Below are positions 1-7,857 of a stretch of DNA of 24,000 nucleotides, one piece after another. Position 1 is the stretch's first letter. Each line of letters starts with the position of its first letter. Source of the DNA: Bdellovibrionota bacterium (GTDB lineage Bacteria; Bdellovibrionota; Bacteriovoracia; Bacteriovoracales; Bacteriovoracaceae); the NCBI GenBank assembly GCA_040387275.1, contig JAZKDZ010000003.1, positions 105,858-129,857 on the forward strand. Direction: 5' to 3'. Both the position numbers and the translations under genes were made by a program. The notes beneath the pieces are model-generated. The model did not search any database. It was not told where the DNA came from and saw nothing but the letters and a program-made list of their open reading frames with translations.

Positions 1-1
1 C

Positions 2-412
2 TTAATTAAAATATTTAGCAGGAATGGGAATATTTTTCGTGTAAATGATGCCGACTCGTTTGGTCAGGATTAAAGGTGGGAATTTTTTTATTATTTTAAC
101 TCTCCATCCCCATTTGGGTTTTTTATCATCCCATCTCCATTCAGATGTTTTGTCTACAAGGTGACTGTTGAAGTCTGTGTAGAAGGCGTCTTCTGAGGGG
201 TATAAAAAGCATTCGGTAAATTCAATCAAGGCAATAGCTCTTGATTTGAACTTTTGACTCTTTCCTGGTGTTTCAATAAGTAGCAAACTTCGATTCAAAT
301 ATTCTTTAGCAAGAGGATAAGTCCGTGTCTCTATGTCTTTTTTTTCTTCAGCGATATATTGCGAATATGGCCATTGAATACAAATCCCTGAAGTCAGCAC
401 AGATTTAGACAT
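2..412 (-). CDS. ASCH domain (PUA-like fold) protein
   Basis: The 136-aa ORF has an N-terminal pattern, GICIQWPYSQYIAEEKKDIETRTYP, that matches the ASCH signature (I-x-x-P-W-a-x-x-I-x-x-G-x-K-x-I-E-x-R). Its start overlaps the stop of the upstream radical SAM gene by 8 nt (405-412), which implies translational coupling. Confidence 0.7.
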   Translation of the reverse strand: MSKSVLTSGICIQWPYSQYIAEEKKDIETRTYPLAKEYLNRSLLLIETPGKSQKFKSRAIALIEFTECFLYPSEDAFYTDFNSHLVDKTSEWRWDDKKPKWGWRVKIIKKFPPLILTKRVGIIYTKNIPIPAKYFN

Positions 413-1739
413 TTATCATTCCATCAAGCTTCAGAAGATTGGTTCCCAATGGTGCGTGAAGGTTACTTATATTTATTGGTTTGATATCTTTATAAGCAGA
501 ATGTTTAAGTCTAATCTCCCAATCAATATCTCGTGACGATTTTCCTTTGAATGCTTTTACGCGGTCAATAGCGTTGCAGCAGTCTTTCTTGTTATCCCAC
601 AAATCTTGGTCGTCCCAGAATTGAGACTCACCGTTACCAATATAGCAAGTTGTAAATTGAAGTCCATTTTGAACGCACTTCGCTTGTATACGTTCGTAAT
701 AAGCTCTTATTTCTTTTCTGCTGAAATGTTTGTCTCCTCTGGTTGCGAGTACCTCGTCAGTAAAAAATAATTTGAGGTCTACTCCGCACGCCTCCTTGAT
801 CTGGACAATCGAAGATGGCGACAGACGAACCATACCAGCCAAGATTGATTGTGTTCCTGTCGCCGCAATTTCATCGATCATGTCAAAAGAGCTAAAATCA
901 AATTTTAATTTTCTTTTGTATTCTGGAAAATCAGGGTCAGTGAAATATCCATCAGGATGAATAGGGAAAAAAGGGTTTAGGCGTACTGTTGTCCAGAAAC
1001 CATTTTTTGTTAAAACTTTCAAGGCTTCAAGGCGCTTTTTAGCCGAAGGTGTACCAGGCTCTAAAAGTTTATTTAACTCATCGTTAGTGGATGCGATAGA
1101 CATTTGGATTGAGCATAGGTCAGGATTTAAGAGATCCAAATAGGGACTTTTAGATACCAGGTCGCTTCTTGTGAAAATAATGTACGGATACTGATAGTGA
1201 TCCAAGATTTTCAAAAATTCCTGCGTAACTTTATACTTTCGATCCATTGCCATGAATGAATCGGACATGGATCCAATCCTTATTGGAATTCGTTTTTCCA
1301 TCACTGATCGCCATTTACTAGGTTTGTCTGTTTCAAAAACGTCATAAAATGTTTGCCATAAGTCCGTTACATCTACAGGCATTGGAAAAGGTCGATTCCA
1401 ATACCCATGCTTAGTTAATTGTTCTTTGGCGTAACAGTAAACACAGTCATGCGTGCAACCTCTTCCATAAGTATCTACCTCGAATGCATATAAGCATTGT
1501 TGGCAGGAGCTATGAAAATTTACGAGTTTGAAGGGCGTTCCGAATATAATTCCCCCTCGAGGCTGTTCAAGGCCAAATCTTTGTTCAAGTTCTTTGTAAG
1601 TATTGAAGTCATAATCGCACTGATAATTTGAAAATCTTTTTAACTTTTCAGCTCTCAAGAATATTTGATCTGATTTTGGAGTGGGAAATTCTGGAATGGT
1701 TGAAACTGGAGTATCTAAAACCTCATGTAAAACTGTCAT
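405..1739 (-). CDS. Radical SAM protein, SPL/SplB-like (COG1533-type DNA repair photolyase family)
   Basis: A CxxxCxxC cluster, GCTHDCVYCYAKE, is encoded at about 1428-1460. Downstream blocks IRIGSMSDSF, IIFTRSDL, EPGTPSAKKRLEAL and RLNPFFP resemble the SPL-like family. I prefer the start at 1739 (MTVLHEV) because GAGG lies 7 nt upstream. The ORF-track start at 1808 adds a hydrophobic leader with no SD. Confidence 0.85.
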   Translation of the reverse strand: MTVLHEVLDTPVSTIPEFPTPKSDQIFLRAEKLKRFSNYQCDYDFNTYKELEQRFGLEQPRGGIIFGTPFKLVNFHSSCQQCLYAFEVDTYGRGCTHDCVYCYAKEQLTKHGYWNRPFPMPVDVTDLWQTFYDVFETDKPSKWRSVMEKRIPIRIGSMSDSFMAMDRKYKVTQEFLKILDHYQYPYIIFTRSDLVSKSPYLDLLNPDLCSIQMSIASTNDELNKLLEPGTPSAKKRLEALKVLTKNGFWTTVRLNPFFPIHPDGYFTDPDFPEYKRKLKFDFSSFDMIDEIAATGTQSILAGMVRLSPSSIVQIKEACGVDLKLFFTDEVLATRGDKHFSRKEIRAYYERIQAKCVQNGLQFTTCYIGNGESQFWDDQDLWDNKKDCCNAIDRVKAFKGKSSRDIDWEIRLKHSAYKDIKPINISNLHAPLGTNLLKLDGMINV

Positions 1740-2064
1740 AATGACCTCGAGAGTTATCGCTTTGATTTGTGTTGGGCGATACATAACGATCAAGATGCAG
1801 AGTATCAATAGGTAGCGGAGTAGATTTTTTTTTATTTAGGAAGCGTCGGCGTTAAGTAGATGTTTGCACATAATCGATCCAGGGATATGTCACTATGGGT
1901 CATCTCTACTCGGGCCAAATTTACATAGTTAGTAAGCTTTGGACCTAAGGAGTTATCAGCTTCAGGTGTTTAAAATTTTTGTTTATAAATCCCGCTTTTC
2001 AAATGATTTGTATTTAATCTTTTCAATGGTGATAGTTCCGGCAGGCTAATGCGTTCGCATAAGG

Positions 2065-2337
2065 TTACTCCCAATAAGCTCCACCTAAGATTGCTTTAAT
2101 TCTAATAAGAGTGTGCTCCAGTGCTTCGATGCTTTTAGAATAACCATTCAATCCAAGATCTTTTTGTATTTGCTGGCTGAAAAGATTTGGATAAGCAATC
2201 TCGTAAATCTCCCAATATTGTTTGATCGAATTCCAAACCGGGCAAAGTTGCTCTAGTGAGTTTGAAAGCTGGATAGGTTTGTTTAGCAACATTAAACATT
2301 CCCTCCAATGCATCCATGCCTTAGGCTGGATAACCAT
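2065..2337 (-). CDS. Hypothetical protein (weak ORF, possible gene remnant)
   Basis: This 90-aa ORF has no recognisable motif. A second 60-aa ORF overlaps it in another frame. The region between the two operons looks decayed. Confidence 0.25.
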   Translation of the reverse strand: MVIQPKAWMHWRECLMLLNKPIQLSNSLEQLCPVWNSIKQYWEIYEIAYPNLFSQQIQKDLGLNGYSKSIEALEHTLIRIKAILGGAYWE

Positions 2338-2599
2338 TCTGATTTAACCAAGCAGTGTCTCTTCCTATTCCGCATCAGATATCAGCAGAAGGAACACGTG
2401 TCTTAAAGAAGGTTTACAATGTGTAGAGGCGTAACGAAATTTGAATTTCATGAGATTTTTTAAATCTCCCGCATTTTGATCATACGTAGCTACAGTTTTC
2501 TTATCCATCTCATTATTTTATCCCAACTTAGCAATTCAATATCTTGCAGCTTTGCTCTGGCTCTAATTCAGTACTAAAAAGTGTGTTTTAGCTTCCAAA

Positions 2600-2614
2600 T
2601 CTCAATAATTGAGA
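2600..2614. promoter_or_regulatory. Perfect palindrome TCTCAA-TAA-TTGAGA, candidate operator overlapping a -35-like TTGAGA
   Basis: Read directly from the sequence: tctcaataattgaga, with 7-nt arms around one central base. It lies 90 nt upstream of the first gene (2704) of the McrBC-type cassette. The same TCTCAA-N3-TTGAGA core recurs at 13231-13245. Confidence 0.45.
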
Positions 2615-2703
2615 CTTATTAACCATCTGAAAAATTAAGATTAGGCGTCCTGTATATACGACCGAAACGGCTCAGAAGTGCATTTAATGTTTCCGGGAGT
2701 TGT

Positions 2704-3708
2704 ATGGCTAGAAGACCGATGAGTCAGTATGAGAAAGACGCTCAAAAAAAGCTGATGCAAGAGATTAAGCAACAAGAGAAAGAGCAACGTAAGAACGAAA
2801 AAGAAACAGCAAAATATAACTTCAATAACCTGACTGAGGATTCGATTAGATCATTCCAGATGGGGAGGTTCTCTTACGAAAAGTCGGCTTATGAGATGAA
2901 ACCAGATCTCAGAAGTATCTTTGAGATTTTAAAAGGTGATGGTTTTGAGCCAGAGTTGGAAAACAAAAGAATTAAGCTAAGCGATGTTGACCATTTTCTT
3001 TATTCCGGGAAGTTCAATTCAGTTTTAGGTCTAAATGGATTTAAAACTTTCAAAGAACAGATTAAAGCGATTCTCGATGACATCAATCGTGGGACAAGTA
3101 GGGATAACCTGGTCAATCTCGATGCTTTATTTGATCTTCTTCTTCATTCAGGAATTTATTTCGAGACAAAACATCTTCCAGAATACATGGCTGATGTAGA
3201 GGGCGAGGAAGGTTGGTTAACGGCCTATCGATTTGTTGCGAAAAATTTCCCAGACCTCACCTATAAAGAATTTAGAACTATCGTGAAAGACATTTCTAAA
3301 TCCAAAGGAGACGCAATTGAATTTGAGGAAGAGGAGAAAGAAACTAATCTATACAAAAAAATTGCTTCCTCTAAGCTATTCGTCGCTGACTCAAGCCCTA
3401 TTTCTATCCTTCAAACACTAGTCATGAGTGATATTCGTGCTATTTGTACTGAGCTAGAGGTCCAAGGGGCGCGTAGCAAGGAGCAAACAATTGAAAAACT
3501 TCTTACTGCCCCAGGTATTGAAGAGCATCTCTTAAAAAAATATTCGCATAAGCAAAATGGCTTAGTCTTCATGATCAAAGACAAAGATCTCGTCACAGGG
3601 GCCGACATTGTTTCGCTCGATAAATATCTAAGGCATCTCGCGAAAGCAGTTCGTGAAGAGCTGTTTTCATTTGTTGAATCTAAAATGAACTTTAAATTGG
3701 TGGGGTAA
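2704..3708 (+). CDS. Hypothetical protein with K/E-rich N-terminus and C-terminal SAP-like (helix-extended-helix) motif
   Basis: This is a 334-aa ORF with GGGAG 4-5 nt upstream of the ATG. The segment LQTLVMSDIRAICTELEVQGARSKEQTIEKLL fits the SAP/HeH spacing pattern L-x2-L-x4-(I/L)R-x5-L-x3-G-x3-K-x3-(I/L)-x-(R/K)-L. Its stop lies 3 nt from the next gene. Confidence 0.7.
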   Translation: MARRPMSQYEKDAQKKLMQEIKQQEKEQRKNEKETAKYNFNNLTEDSIRSFQMGRFSYEKSAYEMKPDLRSIFEILKGDGFEPELENKRIKLSDVDHFLYSGKFNSVLGLNGFKTFKEQIKAILDDINRGTSRDNLVNLDALFDLLLHSGIYFETKHLPEYMADVEGEEGWLTAYRFVAKNFPDLTYKEFRTIVKDISKSKGDAIEFEEEEKETNLYKKIASSKLFVADSSPISILQTLVMSDIRAICTELEVQGARSKEQTIEKLLTAPGIEEHLLKKYSHKQNGLVFMIKDKDLVTGADIVSLDKYLRHLAKAVREELFSFVESKMNFKLVG

Positions 3709-3711
3709 GAT

Positions 3712-5007
3712 ATGACTTATATGTTTTATGCGATTGTTCTTCTTTTAATAACAGCCGGAGCTTTATTTTATTCCCTTGTTCTAAGGAATCAGGAAATAAA
3801 GAAGTTGGAAGATGTCATTCGGGAAAAAGATAAAGACATTAGCGCTCTTAAGCCTAAAGCAGACAAATATGATGAAAACGAGGGGTTCGAGTCATTGATC
3901 ACGAGTAAGCAAGAGATTGTTCAAAAGCTTGAGTCTGTTTTTGAAGAATTAAAATCGCGAATTGATCCATTCCAAACGCATATGGAATTAGCCGATACTG
4001 GCCACTTCAGGCCGGAATTTAAATTTGAAGATGTTGATAAGTATTCCGAGGCTCTTACAGCAATTAAGGAAGCCCAGAAAGTCTTAATCAAAAACGCATC
4101 AGCAATTGATACCTCCTTACCTGATTTCAAAAAATCGGACATATACAAAGGTCTATCCCGTGTTTCACTCCTGGCATTCAATGCTGAATGTGAATCAATC
4201 ATAAGAAAAGTAACTTACAGCAACTTTGAAAGCGGTAAAGAGAAGCTGATTGATTGCTTTCACACGATTAATAAAAATTTATCCCCTCTAAAAGTTTCGA
4301 TCACTGAGGAATTCTTAGATTTAAAAGTGAAAGAATTGGTTTTAGGCTTTGAATTTGAAGATGAGAGAAGAAAAATCCAAGAAGAGCAAGCTGAGATCAT
4401 GTCGCAGATGAGAGAGGAAGAAGCCGCTCGTGTTGAGGCAGAAGAGGCTCGATTGGATGCCATTGAAGAAGAAGAGAAATATAAGGCTGCACTTGCCCAA
4501 GCTTTCAAAGAAATTGAAGGGAAAACTGAGAAAGAAAAAGAAGGGATGATGTCTCAAATTAGGGAGCTTGAAGCAAAACTTCAGGAAGCCCATGCAGAAA
4601 GAGAGCGTGCTACTTCGATGGCCCAAATCACAAAAGCCGGGCACGTCTATATCATTTCGAACATAGGATCTTTTGGTGAGAATATTTACAAAATTGGGAT
4701 GACGAGAAGGAAAGATCCTCAAGATCGAGTTAAAGAACTGAGCGATGCTTCTGTTCCATTTACATTTGATGTTCATGCAATGGTTCACACCGAAAATGCA
4801 CCCGAATTAGAAAATGCTCTACACAGATTTTTTGATCAAAGAAGAATGAATAAAATCAATATGAAAAAAGAATTTTTCAAAGTCACCTTAGAGGAAATTG
4901 AGACAGCATGTTTAAGCCTAGGAGTTAAGCCTAAGCTCACCAGAGCGGCTGAAGCTAGGGAGTATCGTGAGACAATCGAGATTCAAGAAAAGTCGAAAGT
5001 GGCATAA
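3712..5007 (+). CDS. DUF4041-family protein: N-terminal TM helix, long E/K-rich coiled coil, C-terminal T5orf172/MUG113 (GIY-YIG superfamily-like) domain
   Basis: The TM helix is MTYMFYAIVLLLITAGALFYSLVL. A coiled-coil segment reads EEQAEIMSQMREEEAARVEAEEARLDAIEEEEKYK...LEAKLQEAHAERERA. The C-terminal block GHVYIISNIGSFGENIYKIGMTRRKDPQDRVKELSDASVPFTFDVHAMVHTENAPELENALHRFFDQRRMNKINMKKEFFKV (about nt 4633-4912) is the characteristic T5orf172 signature found at the end of DUF4041 proteins. Confidence 0.9.
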   Translation: MTYMFYAIVLLLITAGALFYSLVLRNQEIKKLEDVIREKDKDISALKPKADKYDENEGFESLITSKQEIVQKLESVFEELKSRIDPFQTHMELADTGHFRPEFKFEDVDKYSEALTAIKEAQKVLIKNASAIDTSLPDFKKSDIYKGLSRVSLLAFNAECESIIRKVTYSNFESGKEKLIDCFHTINKNLSPLKVSITEEFLDLKVKELVLGFEFEDERRKIQEEQAEIMSQMREEEAARVEAEEARLDAIEEEEKYKAALAQAFKEIEGKTEKEKEGMMSQIRELEAKLQEAHAERERATSMAQITKAGHVYIISNIGSFGENIYKIGMTRRKDPQDRVKELSDASVPFTFDVHAMVHTENAPELENALHRFFDQRRMNKINMKKEFFKVTLEEIETACLSLGVKPKLTRAAEAREYRETIEIQEKSKVA

Positions 5008-5043
5008 CAGTGGATTGTAGTGAGATGGTTATGACGAGGTGCT

Positions 5044-7857
5044 ATGGATACTGAGAAAAATCTTGAGGTTTATGAAGCGAATATCGCTCTCATGATGAAC
5101 CGTGGTGATTTTAATGAGCGTACAAAGCAAATCCAATTCTGCAATTTAATGAGGGATTTGATTGTCGAGGTAATTAAAAAGCCTTTCAACAAGAATACAA
5201 TCACAGGACTTATACAAGTAGGGAAATTCTATTCCTCAGATGAGTGCATTCATAAATATGTTCAATTATTTGAAATAGAAGATCCTGAATATTTCATAAA
5301 GAACATGACAAGTATCGAGATTAACTTTCGTGGTTTAACGGGTGCAGGAAAACGCGCGGTAAGTGTAGATGAGGTTGGGAGAAGTAATTTAGAGAAAGTC
5401 AGGAGTTTTCTGATCTCCGTGAGCGAAGCTAAGTCTTATGAAGAAGCTAAAGAAGCTGTTAAAAAATTTACAGATCTTAACATTCCCGTTGTTAAGCACG
5501 GCATATTCTCTACCTGGTTAATATACCTCCAACCATATTTTTGTCCTATATTAAACAATATGGGCTCATCACTTTACGAAAGTCTAGGATGGGATGGAGA
5601 GTCCTATCTCTCTTTTATGGAATTCGCACACAATAAACTTTCAGAATGTGTTGAAGGCCGGAATTTATTATATATAGATGCCTCTAGCTGGCCTCACCTT
5701 TTGCCAGGGTTGCTCCCACACGTTTTAATTTGGGGTAAGACTAGTTTTCAACTAGAAACAGGCATCGCGAACTTCAATAAAACATTTGCTTCAGTTGAAT
5801 CGAAACTGTGGTCAGAATGTGAGAGTTGGATATTTGGGGCAACATCTTGCCTCGTTGCTCCAGTAGATTTTTGCGGATATCAAAATCTAAGTTGGGATAA
5901 GTATAGGGAACATTATCTTAAAGATTCAATCGCGATTCCATCTAAGAAGCTCGTACAAAAAAAGAATTTTAATCTTACTGAAATAACAAGTGGTGAGGTT
6001 TTCGCTGTATGGAATAATTGGATGCTTAATCAGGGTTTAAAAATAGAGGGTAGAAGACTTTTTGGAAGCGAAATTGAAGTATCAAACAGAACTTCCGTCG
6101 AAAAGTTGCCTCTACTTGCTTATAGATCTTTAAGCATGTCGAATTTATCACCCATGGCCAATCAGCTTATTCAGACACTTTTCGAAATGGGAGCAATTGC
6201 TACAAATTGGGAAGAAGTGTTTGAGGAAGAGTTTATACCTTTGGATATGCTGTTATCGAAATGGAAAAGTACCAATAATAATTTTCAAGACTTATTGGGC
6301 GCATTGGAAGAGTTGAGAATCGCTGGTTTGCTGGGTATGACCGATGAGAATGAAAAGAAATTATCTCCTCAAAAACTCCAGCAAGTAACTGAATCACAAT
6401 TTTTTAATCAGAATGTTTATTTCGAAAAAGGCTTTAGTGATCTCTTCGAGTTGAATGCTTTGCATCCTTTAATATCAAATTTTCAACCTGTCCTTACTGG
6501 AGTTAAGTCTATGGCTGTAACCACTAAAACAGACTTTAAGCTTAATACTATTTTTTGCGGACCACCGGGTACGGGGAAAACATATCATTCTATATTTAGA
6601 GCACTTGATATCCTAGGGGTTATTGTCCCTGGCGGAAGAGGAAGCGATGAATTTAGAGCAGCAGCTATTAAAGCATTCGAAGACCAAATCAAAAAAGGCA
6701 ATATTCTTTTTCTCACTTTCAATCAAGCGTATAGTTACGAAGAATTTATTGAAGGAATTAGACCCATTCTGAACAAAGATCAGCTCTCATATAAACTTGA
6801 AGATGGGGCTCTCAAAAAGTTTCTGTTTGGTGGATCCCAGATTAAAGATCTATTCAGTGCCGGTGATGTCTTGAAGGCTACGCGTTCCAAATTCGTTGTA
6901 GATAAAGTTGATAATGGAAATATCAAGCTTAGAAAATTTGAACTATCAGGTGAAGACAGTAGAGGAAATATTTATATTCCTTTAGAGGCTTTACAAGAGC
7001 TATGGCAATACATGAAGAATAAAAATGTAACCGCTGAAGTTCTTATGTCTCGGGATTACCTTGGAAATATTAAACAAGACCTGGAAACTGATAATTTTGT
7101 TCTCGGTTATACAGCTGAGTTTACGGCTTGCTTGAATCACTTAAAATCAAAAGAATTAGATATTCGAGACAATACCAAGGCCAAGGTTCTAGTTATAGAT
7201 GAGATTAATAGGGGGAATGTTTCACAAATTTTTGGTGAGCTCATTACTCTTCTAGAAGAAGATAAAAGGGAGGGTAAAGGGGTTACGATAAAACTTCCTT
7301 ATTCAAAAGAATCTTTTATTCTTCCTCCAAATCTTTACGTTTTGGGAACAATGAACACTGCTGATAAATCTATTGCTCCATTAGATTTTGCTTTGAGACG
7401 AAGATTTCACTTTGAATCTTACTGGCCTGATTCAAGGCTGGTATCTGACAAATGGAAAGTTGAAGGAATAACTAGAGAACAGGCTCGAGTTTCCTTTGAA
7501 AGTCTGAATGAAAAAATCGAAATGTTACGAGGCAGAGACTACACAATTGGTCACAGTTATTTTCTAAAAACACATAGTCCTGAGGATCTATATAGAACTA
7601 TTTTTGAGCAAATTATTCCTTTGTTGAATGAATACTTTTATCAAGACTGGAAATCTCTTGGTTTTATCTTAGGGAAAGGCTTCGTTCGACAACATCCAGG
7701 TATGAAAAAATTTAAAGGTGTTTCAAACCTACTGGATGAGTGCTGGGTCATTAATGACTTTGTAGAATATGGCAATATCAACATGTCGGCATTTCTGAAG
7801 GCATTTTCTGACTTAGGAAAAATGGAAGATTCAGATGATTCACAAGAAACTGCATGA
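5044..7857 (+). CDS. mcrB: McrB-type AAA+ GTPase (type IV restriction motor subunit) with long unassigned N-terminal region
   Basis: GAGG lies 5 nt upstream of the ATG. Walker A GPPGTGKT is at nt 6559-6582 (aa 506-513). The motifs YSYEEFIEGIRP, Walker B VLVIDEINRG (D-E at 7198-7203), the McrB signature GTMNTADKS (7354-7365) and ALRRRFHF are present. Residues 1 to about 500 carry no motif I can assign. Confidence 0.9.
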   Translation: MDTEKNLEVYEANIALMMNRGDFNERTKQIQFCNLMRDLIVEVIKKPFNKNTITGLIQVGKFYSSDECIHKYVQLFEIEDPEYFIKNMTSIEINFRGLTGAGKRAVSVDEVGRSNLEKVRSFLISVSEAKSYEEAKEAVKKFTDLNIPVVKHGIFSTWLIYLQPYFCPILNNMGSSLYESLGWDGESYLSFMEFAHNKLSECVEGRNLLYIDASSWPHLLPGLLPHVLIWGKTSFQLETGIANFNKTFASVESKLWSECESWIFGATSCLVAPVDFCGYQNLSWDKYREHYLKDSIAIPSKKLVQKKNFNLTEITSGEVFAVWNNWMLNQGLKIEGRRLFGSEIEVSNRTSVEKLPLLAYRSLSMSNLSPMANQLIQTLFEMGAIATNWEEVFEEEFIPLDMLLSKWKSTNNNFQDLLGALEELRIAGLLGMTDENEKKLSPQKLQQVTESQFFNQNVYFEKGFSDLFELNALHPLISNFQPVLTGVKSMAVTTKTDFKLNTIFCGPPGTGKTYHSIFRALDILGVIVPGGRGSDEFRAAAIKAFEDQIKKGNILFLTFNQAYSYEEFIEGIRPILNKDQLSYKLEDGALKKFLFGGSQIKDLFSAGDVLKATRSKFVVDKVDNGNIKLRKFELSGEDSRGNIYIPLEALQELWQYMKNKNVTAEVLMSRDYLGNIKQDLETDNFVLGYTAEFTACLNHLKSKELDIRDNTKAKVLVIDEINRGNVSQIFGELITLLEEDKREGKGVTIKLPYSKESFILPPNLYVLGTMNTADKSIAPLDFALRRRFHFESYWPDSRLVSDKWKVEGITREQARVSFESLNEKIEMLRGRDYTIGHSYFLKTHSPEDLYRTIFEQIIPLLNEYFYQDWKSLGFILGKGFVRQHPGMKKFKGVSNLLDECWVINDFVEYGNINMSAFLKAFSDLGKMEDSDDSQETA

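Noticed and set aside
730-960. A 76-aa plus-strand ORF inside the radical SAM gene
   Set aside because: It lies entirely antisense to a well-supported CDS with clear family motifs. It has no SD and a low-complexity composition.
1740-1808. N-terminal extensions offered by the ORF track (405-1808, 13224-13382, 14923-14985, 23665-23706)
   Set aside because: In each case an internal Met has a better SD or yields a clean signal peptide or lipobox. The extension is hydrophobic or odd sequence without an SD.
2452-2468. Hairpin GAGATTT-TTT-AAATCTC as a terminator
   Set aside because: It is an AT-only 7-bp stem with weak stability and no proper U-tract in either orientation. It lies inside a probable gene remnant.
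3411-4788. Minus-strand ORFs 3411-3608, 3921-4202, 4260-4508 and 4342-4788, antisense to the SAP-like and DUF4041 genes
   Set aside because: They are shadow ORFs. The sense strand is GAA/AAG-rich (E/K coiled coil), which removes stop codons on the antisense strand and yields F/L/S-rich pseudo-proteins.
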